From the IMG/VR virus record IMGVR_UViG_3300019762_000001, positions 16,701 through 80,700 of that record: a stretch of 64,000 bases of DNA. One strand, given 5' to 3'. The notes under the pieces were generated by a model. It was not told the origin of the DNA. It ran no database searches and saw only the letters and a list, made by a program, of their open reading frames with translations. A program made the translations under genes and the position numbers. Source of the DNA: a virus. Below are positions 1 through 7,661 of this stretch, in pieces (position 1 is the first letter of the stretch; each line of letters starts with the position of its first letter).

Positions 1-415
1 GATGAATCTTGCTTAACCCTAGTTTATCCCATAAGCCCAAGGCCTGTAGAAAGGATTTATCTACGAATCTGAAGTCCCCCTCGTTTCGTAGGTAGTCGAA
101 AAAGGAGTTCTGATCCTTTTTGGTACATGCAACATCTAATAGTTCTTTGCGTTGATCTGCTGACATTTCCGGTTCTGGTTTGTTTATAGCTGTTCTTCCC
201 CTCCCTCTTGGTGATTCTAGGTTACCAACTAGTTGGTCCAGGTATATCTTGGCTTTTTCTACATCGGCAGTTGTGAGCAGGGTGAACTCTACTCGGAATT
301 TACCATTATGTACATCTTTGGGCCCAGCATAGAATTCAGTTGCCTGATCCACCAGTCTATCCTGGGTAATTACCCCCTCCTCATTAAATAGCTGTAATCT
401 CAGTTTAGATTTCAT
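1..415 (-). CDS. Hypothetical protein, truncated by the window edge
   Basis: ATG at 415; frame is open to position 1 (MKSKLRLQLFNEEGVITQDRLVDQ...). Not in the ORF track because it has no stop inside the window. Confidence 0.75.
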   Translation of the reverse strand, partial: MKSKLRLQLFNEEGVITQDRLVDQATEFYAGPKDVHNGKFRVEFTLLTTADVEKAKIYLDQLVGNLESPRGRGRTAINKPEPEMSADQRKELLDVACTKKDQNSFFDYLRNEGDFRFVDKSFLQALGLWDKLGLSKIH

Positions 416-432
416 TTATTTCCCTTTAAATT

Positions 433-467
433 AAAAAAGGCTTACCCCGGTTAAAGAGTAAGCCTTT
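433..467 (-). terminator. Intrinsic terminator after 503..1081
   Basis: Minus strand reads AAAGGCTTACTC-TTTAACC-GGGGTAAGCC followed by T6. Confidence 0.8.
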
Positions 468-502
468 CTACATTATGATTCAGATTATAAGCTTACCAGA
501 TA

Positions 503-1081
503 TTAATCGTCTTGATCTTCTTCTGCTTGAGCTTTTTTCTTACCTTTCTTCTTTGACTTCTTCTCTACCTTGGCAGCAGCCTGTGAAGCTTCTTCTAAGT
601 CCTCCTTAGAGACCTTAGCTTTCTTTGATTTCTTTTCCTTTTTGCCTTCCCCAGCATCTTCTTCTTTAGCCTTCTTAGCCTTCTTCTCCTTTTTAGGAAC
701 ATCGGTATCTCCGGCAGCTTCTCGTCGCATTTTTGCACGATATTTCTTTTTCTCTGCATCGGAAAGCCCCTCTGGGTACTCATACTTAGTGTTTCTCTCA
801 CCAGCTTCTCGTTTAGGCTTAATAGCCTCGTATTGCTCCTTAAGAGAATCCAACTTAGCCACCTCAACAGTTAAGGTTTTTTCTAACTCAGCTAATTCCT
901 TAGCTACCTTTTTGTCAGATGGTACTGAACCCGACTTCATGCACTTGTGCTTCATTCGGATTGATTTGCAAGGTTTACGGGCTGCAGCAACTACTGCTTT
1001 TTGCTCAACGATTGCCTCTTTTAATTGTTCTGGGTTTAAAGCCTCTGCTTCAGTAGCTTTTGGTGCTTTTTTCTTAGCCAT
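503..1081 (-). CDS. Lys/Glu-rich low-complexity protein with a KYxYPxGL motif; possible nucleic-acid-binding protein
   Basis: Very high K/E/A content and coiled-coil character; motif shared with 3336..4301. Confidence 0.6.
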   Translation of the reverse strand: MAKKKAPKATEAEALNPEQLKEAIVEQKAVVAAARKPCKSIRMKHKCMKSGSVPSDKKVAKELAELEKTLTVEVAKLDSLKEQYEAIKPKREAGERNTKYEYPEGLSDAEKKKYRAKMRREAAGDTDVPKKEKKAKKAKEEDAGEGKKEKKSKKAKVSKEDLEEASQAAAKVEKKSKKKGKKKAQAEEDQDD

Positions 1082-1161
1082 CTTTTGTAATGTTTAATTA
1101 ATGAAACTTGTTTATAGTTTAGTGGGATCCTTTGTTCCCATTGATAATATCCAATAGTATT

Positions 1162-1533
1162 TTATTTACCAGTATTACTGGAATAGATAATACCGGGTTT
1201 TAATTCTCTGCAGGTAACCTTGATTCTAGGGTGTTCCGCAATGGTTGGCTCATGTATTTGGAATAAAGCTAAAGCCTCAGATTCTGAAGCAAGTCCTGTA
1301 TACATCTTAGACCATTTTTTATTTTGATACTTCCACTCTAAAAGGTATATAGTATGTGTTGTACCATACCTTTTCAGATGTTCTCTGTGGGTTTGTATAT
1401 TACCTAATAGTTGATTTCTGCGAATCCTATATGTTTTACTAGTTGGGTTTTCATCTAAACCCTTTTGGTTCTCCTTGAGCATTTCTTCAGCCCGTTTGAG
1501 TAACTCTAATATTTCGAAAGCTCTTCTACTCAT
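1162..1533 (-). CDS. Hypothetical protein
   Basis: 123 aa ORF, overlaps the upstream stop codon. Confidence 0.7.
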   Translation of the reverse strand: MSRRAFEILELLKRAEEMLKENQKGLDENPTSKTYRIRRNQLLGNIQTHREHLKRYGTTHTIYLLEWKYQNKKWSKMYTGLASESEALALFQIHEPTIAEHPRIKVTCRELKPGIIYSSNTGK

Positions 1534-2294
1534 GGTATGAATCTTTTATTGTGCCATTTCCGGCTTAGTGCATGTTTTAGTTGTGGCTTGGTCTGGTAGT
1601 TATACTCCTTATAATCGAGTTTTATAGCACACGGTATCCATAGTTCTAATAACTCCGATCTAAACTTAGGCATAAGGTTAACTTTCTCGGATTCTAGTTC
1701 TTTCTCTATAGTATCAGAGCATAATTGGATTAACTCCCCAACTTTAGCACTAGCATAAGATGCAGCAGTGGGGAATAATTCACGGTTTACATTACCCTTA
1801 GATACCGCATAGGAGTAGTTAGCTCTATGATATTTCCGATATGTATCTAACTGCTTAAAGTAGTAATCCAGTATTATACCTGTAAGATATACATGATTCT
1901 CTGAACCCACTACCGTTATGCTCCTTATGGGGTTATCCCTTGACATAACGTATTCCCACATTATCCGGGTATGTGTTACCTTGCAGATCCTAGATAAGAA
2001 CTCTACATGTCTCTCTGTTACCTCCTCATGGAAGTATTTTTGGCATTTTAGGATGTTTACCGGTGAGGTGTATTTTACTACGATACGGGTATTAGTATAG
2101 GATATTCCCTTGGAATAGGTGGGAGTGTTGAATCCCCTATGTTCTTTTCCTTGTTCCTCTATAATAGCCCTTAGAGCAGCCACCATCCTATCGGGTATTT
2201 TCCAGGAGTGTTTTTCTGTCAACTTTAAGTACGGTACAAACCTTTGGCAGGCCTGAAAGGAATACTTAGGAAGTCGAGTTTGTTTAAAAGGCAT
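1530..2294 (-). CDS. Hypothetical protein
   Basis: The track's start at 2327 lies inside the promoter -7 box, so ATG 2294 (MPFKQ) is preferred. Confidence 0.65.
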   Translation of the reverse strand: MPFKQTRLPKYSFQACQRFVPYLKLTEKHSWKIPDRMVAALRAIIEEQGKEHRGFNTPTYSKGISYTNTRIVVKYTSPVNILKCQKYFHEEVTERHVEFLSRICKVTHTRIMWEYVMSRDNPIRSITVVGSENHVYLTGIILDYYFKQLDTYRKYHRANYSYAVSKGNVNRELFPTAASYASAKVGELIQLCSDTIEKELESEKVNLMPKFRSELLELWIPCAIKLDYKEYNYQTKPQLKHALSRKWHNKRFIP

Positions 2295-2324
2295 ATCTTG
2301 TAGTTTTTTATAATTATTATAATA

Positions 2325-2355
2325 CAAATATATATAAAAATATAACTCAGTGCAA
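2325..2355 (-). promoter_or_regulatory. Bacteroidota sigma-A-type promoter (TTG-20 nt-TATATTTG)
   Basis: Minus strand TTGCACTGAGTTATATTTTTATATATATTTG; near copy at 5320-5351. Confidence 0.75.
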
Positions 2356-2392
2356 TAATCCCTGGATCTAACCCATAGTGGGTTAAACTAAT

Positions 2393-2425
2393 ATGGGCTT
2401 TGAGTGATTAGCCCAAAGCCCATAA
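2393..2425 (-). terminator. Hairpin downstream of the tRNA-like RNA, probable terminator
   Basis: 11-bp inverted repeat TATGGGCTTTG/CAAAGCCCATA followed by TTAGTTT on the minus strand. Confidence 0.55.
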
Positions 2426-2460
2426 GACATGTTACTAAAGTTACCATTGGCATGATGGTG

Positions 2461-2563
2461 TAATCGGAGAGGGATTTGAACCCCCGACTGACCCTAGGCC
2501 TTACGAATTTGCAATTAAATTCAGTGTACCTAGACTGCTCTGACCAGGCTGAGCTATCCGATT
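2461..2563 (-). tRNA. tRNA-like RNA with an enlarged anticodon arm; isotype unclear
   Basis: Acceptor AATCGGA/TCCGATT, TA-GCTC-AGCCTGGTCA-GAGC D arm, GGGGG-TTCAAAT-CCCTC T arm; about 30 extra nt in the anticodon arm. Confidence 0.75.
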
Positions 2564-2568
2564 ATAGT

Positions 2569-2593
2569 GGGGAGGGACTTCGAAACCCTCCCC
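2569..2593. other. Strong GC hairpin just 5' of the tRNA-like RNA (processing or termination site)
   Basis: GGGGAGGG-ACTTCGAAA-CCCTCCCC, with no U tract. Confidence 0.5.
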
Positions 2594-2678
2594 GATCTAG
2601 TCTATATTTCCCAATTAAGACTCGAATGTTTAGTTTCTAATAAATAATACTGTTTAATACTAGGTTAATTACAAGGGC

Positions 2679-3275
2679 CTATTTTTTACCCTTTTTCTTT
2701 GACTTCTTTTCCTTTTTCTTCTTAGGAGCTTCAATATCAAGTTCCTCTGCGATTGCTCTTCTCAAGCCATCCTCATCACCATCGAAATCTTCTGGATCAG
2801 TTTGAAGATCGTTCTCATCACAGAATTCTTCTAGTTCCTCATCGTCCATTCCGGCAAGGTCTTCCCAGGTAGTTTCCTCTTCTTCCTCGTCTCCATCCTC
2901 GTCCTCATCATCGTCTCCATCCTCATCCTCGTCTCCATCCTCGTCCTCATCCTCATCTTCTTCCTCGTCCTCATCTTCTTCCCCATCCTCGTCCTCATCC
3001 TCATCCTCGTCCTCATCCTGGTTCTCCTTGAAAAGCTCGATGATATCTTCATCACTCATGCCTTTCATTTTCTTTTTGGTAGCCAGCTTGTTCTCGAATA
3101 AGAATGCCTTAGCTTCCTCTACATCGATTTCTTCTTCTTCTGAGTCAGCTCCTGTTGAAGGTAGGGTACCACCATTAAGTACTACCTGACGGTGATTGCC
3201 TTCAAAAGAAAGGATCATCATACCGTTTTCCAATTCCTCAACGTTAGTTAGTTTTTTACCTGTAAGATTTTTCAT
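2679..3275 (-). CDS. Highly acidic protein with a long D/E tract and a Lys-rich tail
   Basis: About 50-residue DEDEDE(G) tract encoded by GAG/GAT/GAC repeats; C-terminus KKKKEKKSKKKGKK. Confidence 0.8.
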   Translation of the reverse strand: MKNLTGKKLTNVEELENGMMILSFEGNHRQVVLNGGTLPSTGADSEEEEIDVEEAKAFLFENKLATKKKMKGMSDEDIIELFKENQDEDEDEDEDEDGEEDEDEEEDEDEDEDGDEDEDGDDDEDEDGDEEEEETTWEDLAGMDDEELEEFCDENDLQTDPEDFDGDEDGLRRAIAEELDIEAPKKKKEKKSKKKGKK

Positions 3276-3335
3276 TTTGTTACGTGTGTTACGTGTGTTA
3301 ATAATTAATTATAGTTCTCAATAGAATTTCCAATT

Positions 3336-4301
3336 CTAGTAATTCATATCCTGTGTGGCCCTTGTGTACCCGGATAGCCCCCATCTCTCATGGTGAAGGT
3401 AGATATCCATTAGGTCCTCATCATTATCCCCATTTACCGGGCTACAGATTAGGGGGTGTGTTAGTTTACGATCTATAGATTGTAGTACTGACCCATTCCC
3501 AGGTGTAAACCCTATCTGGCTTGATGGTAAAAATCCCCTAGCGATTAACTCCTTGTGAGCTTCCTCTGGGGTATGGTTAGGGCTCATTGCCCTACCATCT
3601 GATGCTAGTGCCTTATAATACCGGGATTTTCTTGATTTTATCTTATCCCCGTATTTCTTATATAGTTTAATAGCAACCGGAGTTCTAGAATAATTCCCCG
3701 GATAGAACCTATCCAGTACCCTGATGATGTTTGTCATGATAACGAACTCACTTGGGTAGAATCTACCCTCCTTTCGTAGGGCCTTTTTAATCTTATGGAA
3801 ACAATTTACCGGGTTACTATAAGCCAGTTCATTATTCCAATAGTACTTAACATACCTGGTGATAAACAGGTTTGGCTTATGTTGTATGACTTCTTTTGGG
3901 TTCATCTCCTTGTATTGTTTTTGGTTATAAATGTTTTTCCTCCTGATCTTAGTTCTGTATTGTAGCTTTTGCCTATCAGTTAAGCCGGGTGGGTATTTAT
4001 ACTTAGAAACTCTGTACCTCTCGTCGAACCACTTAGCAGATAGTATGAACATTGGAGTCCTGATCCTTAAGTCTTTAACCTTGTTGTATGGAAGTATTAC
4101 AAAGGAATCAAGATGGGCTTTGAATTTTGGATGTAATGCCAAATTCTCTATCCATACATTAGCAAGTTCCTTAGTGTAGAAATGTCTACGTACTAAGACT
4201 GGGCTATTTGGGTTTTTAAAATCCACGGCATAGAAATACCCCAGCTTAATCTCGAAATTGCTGTCATACCTTTTATTCCATACTACCCCCTTATTTGCCA
4301 T
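3336..4301 (-). CDS. Hypothetical basic protein
   Basis: 321 aa; contains KYKYPPGLTDRQKLQYRTKIRR. Confidence 0.75.
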   Translation of the reverse strand: MANKGVVWNKRYDSNFEIKLGYFYAVDFKNPNSPVLVRRHFYTKELANVWIENLALHPKFKAHLDSFVILPYNKVKDLRIRTPMFILSAKWFDERYRVSKYKYPPGLTDRQKLQYRTKIRRKNIYNQKQYKEMNPKEVIQHKPNLFITRYVKYYWNNELAYSNPVNCFHKIKKALRKEGRFYPSEFVIMTNIIRVLDRFYPGNYSRTPVAIKLYKKYGDKIKSRKSRYYKALASDGRAMSPNHTPEEAHKELIARGFLPSSQIGFTPGNGSVLQSIDRKLTHPLICSPVNGDNDEDLMDIYLHHERWGLSGYTRATQDMNY

Positions 4302-4857
4302 CTCCCATGCTCTTTATAGCTTTATTAAACCAGATACCTATTGATTTTTCCCGGGCATCCGGAAATTCCTCTAATACCATTTTAATCACATCAGCTTTTG
4401 GAGTACCTTTAGTGGCAAGTTCATAAGTTAATGCTTTCTTGGTACCTTTAAATACTCCTTGCTCGCTACGTTCACGTTTTTTCTTTACGGTTTTAAACCC
4501 TTTTATTCGTGCAACTCTAGGAGCTCTGTCTGAGTCTTCTCCAGCATATGATAACCTTAGTGATGGATGTGCTAAACTAGGCTCCATAGTTTTACCAAGT
4601 TTCTCATTACGTTTCTGGATAAGTTCCATTACCGCCTTATCATGTTCGATTAGGTTTTGTGGTACTCTATCATCCAGGAAATGCTCCAGGAACCAGCTAG
4701 ATAGTTTGGGTACATCCCATTTTACTACCCGCCTTGGGGATAATCCCCTTAGAGCACATTCCTTTTGAAGAGCCCTAATATTCATATTCTCAAGTTCCAC
4801 AGCAGCTCTACCCTGCATGGTACCAGCTTTTACCTTTTTAACCTTCTTTCTTGCCAT
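4291..4857 (-). CDS. Putative DNA-binding protein (SAP-like N-terminus, helical C-terminus)
   Basis: MNIRALQKECALRGL resembles SAP/HeH motifs; the protein is basic. Confidence 0.45.
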   Translation of the reverse strand: MARKKVKKVKAGTMQGRAAVELENMNIRALQKECALRGLSPRRVVKWDVPKLSSWFLEHFLDDRVPQNLIEHDKAVMELIQKRNEKLGKTMEPSLAHPSLRLSYAGEDSDRAPRVARIKGFKTVKKKRERSEQGVFKGTKKALTYELATKGTPKADVIKMVLEEFPDAREKSIGIWFNKAIKSMGDGK

Positions 4858-5290
4858 GGTTATCCTCTATTTGTATAGTGATAATATCCTGTATAAACTT
4901 CTCAACATGTTCACAACCTGTGATGTTTTTTATCTTGGTAAGGTGTACTATAACATCCTGTGAGTTTAGGTATACCTCCCCAGTATCTACCGCACTTATG
5001 ATTGATATTCCCGTACTTGGTGAGATGGGTGGTACTTCGAGATTATGTCTTACTACCAACCCAAGGTCTTCTAATTTTGTAACCAATTCAGATACCTCTT
5101 TTAGAGGTGCATCCACATATACTTGTACCCGTATCTTTTTACATGCCCCATGTAAGACAGAAGCTGAAATAACTTTACCTGTTATAGGTGAGTCATTTAG
5201 TAGGTTAAGTACTTCTTTCGATTTGCCTAATTGAAAGAATCTGGGAGTTTTTTTAAACTCGAAAATGTTAAAATCTTTAGTATTACTCAT
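4838..5290 (-). CDS. Hypothetical protein
   Basis: 150 aa ORF directly downstream of a promoter. Confidence 0.7.
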   Translation of the reverse strand: MSNTKDFNIFEFKKTPRFFQLGKSKEVLNLLNDSPITGKVISASVLHGACKKIRVQVYVDAPLKEVSELVTKLEDLGLVVRHNLEVPPISPSTGISIISAVDTGEVYLNSQDVIVHLTKIKNITGCEHVEKFIQDIITIQIEDNHGKKEG

Positions 5291-5319
5291 ATCTTTAGTA
5301 TATGTATTAATTAATAGTG

Positions 5320-5351
5320 CAAATATATATATTATAATTACTCAGTGCAAA
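5320..5351 (-). promoter_or_regulatory. Bacteroidota sigma-A-type promoter (TTTG-20 nt-TATATTTG)
   Basis: Minus strand TTTGCACTGAGTAATTATAATATATATATTTG. Confidence 0.8.
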
Positions 5352-5368
5352 TCTTGGAGGGTACTTTT

Positions 5369-6355
5369 TTAGACATGGAATTTTTCATCCTCGGTTCTTT
5401 CGGCTCCCTCTAATTCCATCTTTGAATCTCTAGCTTTAGACCTATTAGCTTTATCATTAAAATCTACTGTTCGTAGAATATGAGCTCTAGTTTTCTTGAT
5501 ATGCTCTATGGATTCATAGTTTATAGCTTCCTTTAGCATTAGTCTAAAGTTTTGCCAGAACTTCTGACCAAGCCTTGGAGTTTTTGTTTTCTCTACGAAA
5601 TAGTAATTAGCTATGAGCTGGCCAAAGTCTGTTGCTTTACCCTGTTTTATATACATTGGGATCCCAAGCTTACCAAAATAATCCCGTACTGTTTGGGTAT
5701 TCTTTACTGTTATTATTTTATACATGGTTGGCTGGTACTCAGGGTTTGGAAGAGCAACATAGACTCTATCGTGAGTTCCAGTATATTTGTATTTTTCAGT
5801 GATTAAGAAAAGTGTGGTTGAGGGTAGGGTGGTTATATTCTTTAGGTATTTCTGGAACCTAGCCTTAGCCCGTCTCTTGAATGCAGATGGTTCTTGTAAG
5901 TCATCCGGTAATATCCTAAAGTTATTCCATCTGTCGAACTCCATGATGAGTTGGAATAGATCCTCGCAAGCCTCATTGTCGGTATTAATAATGTTGAACA
6001 TTTCTTGGTATACCTTTCGATCCCTAGCAGTTCGTATCATATACCTTTTATCATCCAGCCTTCTTACAGCAGCTTTCATTGGAACTCTATCCTCCATGAG
6101 GTAGGCTAGGTATAATTTGAAGTTCTCTGATACTGGGATTCCCTCCGGGATAAGGGTATGATACTTATTATAATGCAATGTAAAAATCCGGATAAAGGTT
6201 TTAGCTCTATCCAGAATCTCCAGGTATTTATAATGTGATTTTTTCATTATCTCCCCAGCTTGCCAGGTGGATTTCCCAAATTGCACGGATAGGTTAAGGG
6301 CTGTTTGCTCTTCCTCTGTTAGTATTTTCCATGCCTCAATTCCATTCATCTTCAT
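5369..6355 (-). CDS. Protein with an N-terminal sigma70 region-4-like HTH
   Basis: AWKILTEEEQTALNLSVQFGKSTWQAGEIMKKSHYKYLEILDRAK follows the sigma4 pattern L..EE...L.L....G.S..E.G..M..S.......RA. Confidence 0.55.
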   Translation of the reverse strand: MKMNGIEAWKILTEEEQTALNLSVQFGKSTWQAGEIMKKSHYKYLEILDRAKTFIRIFTLHYNKYHTLIPEGIPVSENFKLYLAYLMEDRVPMKAAVRRLDDKRYMIRTARDRKVYQEMFNIINTDNEACEDLFQLIMEFDRWNNFRILPDDLQEPSAFKRRAKARFQKYLKNITTLPSTTLFLITEKYKYTGTHDRVYVALPNPEYQPTMYKIITVKNTQTVRDYFGKLGIPMYIKQGKATDFGQLIANYYFVEKTKTPRLGQKFWQNFRLMLKEAINYESIEHIKKTRAHILRTVDFNDKANRSKARDSKMELEGAERTEDEKFHV

Positions 6356-7061
6356 TAGATTCTTCGTAAGTTAGGTTAGCATATAATTTATCTAATACTC
6401 TAGGACCTAGCTCGCATAGTTCATCTAAGCTATCCTCTCGCATTGATTTCTCCTCGTAATCCTCATAGACAGTGTAAAATATATTTTCGAAGTCCACTGT
6501 TACTTGGGTTGGGTTATCCCCCAGCATTAAGTCTAGTATTACTTGTTTATTTTTGTGGTCTATCTTTATAATAGTACCAACTAGACCTTCATAGGGATAA
6601 CCTTTTAAAGAGATTTCGTCACCTTTTTCTATCTGTCCAATTTCTAAGTCATTGAATATAGACTTACTCCTACAGGCTCTCTTTACTGCAACTATTTCCC
6701 TAGATGAAACTATGGAGATGTTATGGATCCCGATAGATGAGTCAGCTTCTTCATCATATAACATTCTTGCAGGATCTTTTACCCAGCTGTGTATCCCAGG
6801 TATTTGGTCCTTTAACTTTCTCAAGAAGTCAGGGCTAAAGATAAATTGCTCGGGTATTTTTAAGAACCCATAGTTTAGTAGGAATGGTATGTCCTCATAC
6901 TCCTTTTTGTTTTTGAAGCATTTCTTAAGGACTCTGACCATTGGTATGTATACCGTTATGTCAGAATATCCATTCTCTATTAAGTCCTGTTCGAAGGTAT
7001 CAAGAGCTTTACGGTTTACATGTACCGCTACCCAGATCCGGCTAAGTTTAGAGTCTTTCAT
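6336..7061 (-). CDS. NusG/RfaH/UpxY-family transcription elongation factor
   Basis: NGN domain (WVAVHV...VYIPMVRVLKK...PFLLNYGFL) plus KOW domain (IEKGDEISLKGYPYEGLVGTIIKID...VTVDFENI). Confidence 0.85.
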   Translation of the reverse strand: MKDSKLSRIWVAVHVNRKALDTFEQDLIENGYSDITVYIPMVRVLKKCFKNKKEYEDIPFLLNYGFLKIPEQFIFSPDFLRKLKDQIPGIHSWVKDPARMLYDEEADSSIGIHNISIVSSREIVAVKRACRSKSIFNDLEIGQIEKGDEISLKGYPYEGLVGTIIKIDHKNKQVILDLMLGDNPTQVTVDFENIFYTVYEDYEEKSMREDSLDELCELGPRVLDKLYANLTYEESNEDEWN

Positions 7062-7606
7062 CGGTAAATACGTTTTTTATAAGCCTTAGCTATTTTGTGG
7101 AATTTTTTGTAGTCCATTGAGAAGAAGTCTCTGGAATTTAGTAGGACTACAGTTTCATGGTTTGGGTCTTGGAATGATAGTATGCCATGTTTACATTTGA
7201 AGATAGGCCCTATAGCTTGGAAGAATTCTCCAGATATAACCACAAAGTGCATGTCCTTTGGCATTCTGTCATATCTCATGAATACTATTGGGATTAGTCT
7301 ATGGTCTAATCCATCAGAACTGGATTGGGCCCAGAATTCTTTTATCTTAGTTTTCTTACTACCCACTGACCCATCTATTAACCCCTCAAATGAGATGTCT
7401 TTATGATGCTTAGCCTCTATAGATAGTGTGAAATATCTCGAGTGCTTCTCATCGGTACAGATTATATCCCCAGAGGAATTTTTAGATTGCCAATGTAGAC
7501 CCCCGGATTGGGGGACTCTAGAGAACTCTAGCCCTGTCCAACTCATAAATAGTTTGGATAGGGCCAGTTCATTTTTGTTTCCTTTGTTTTTTGAGTTTAC
7601 CGCCAT
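7058..7606 (-). CDS. Holliday junction resolvase (Hjc-like PD-(D/E)xK)
   Basis: NSKNKGNKNE, RVPQSGG, GDII and IEAK motifs. Confidence 0.8.
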   Translation of the reverse strand: MAVNSKNKGNKNELALSKLFMSWTGLEFSRVPQSGGLHWQSKNSSGDIICTDEKHSRYFTLSIEAKHHKDISFEGLIDGSVGSKKTKIKEFWAQSSSDGLDHRLIPIVFMRYDRMPKDMHFVVISGEFFQAIGPIFKCKHGILSFQDPNHETVVLLNSRDFFSMDYKKFHKIAKAYKKRIYR

Positions 7607-7661
7607 AGTATATTGTGTATAGTTTATATACTAATAGCCGTCTAGTGTAACAGTATTGTAG

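Noticed and set aside
2461-2563. tmRNA, suppressor tRNA or group I intron-containing tRNA
   Set aside because: It has a full D stem and no tag ORF, CTA/TTA are not placed in a canonical loop, and the insert is far too short for a self-splicing intron.
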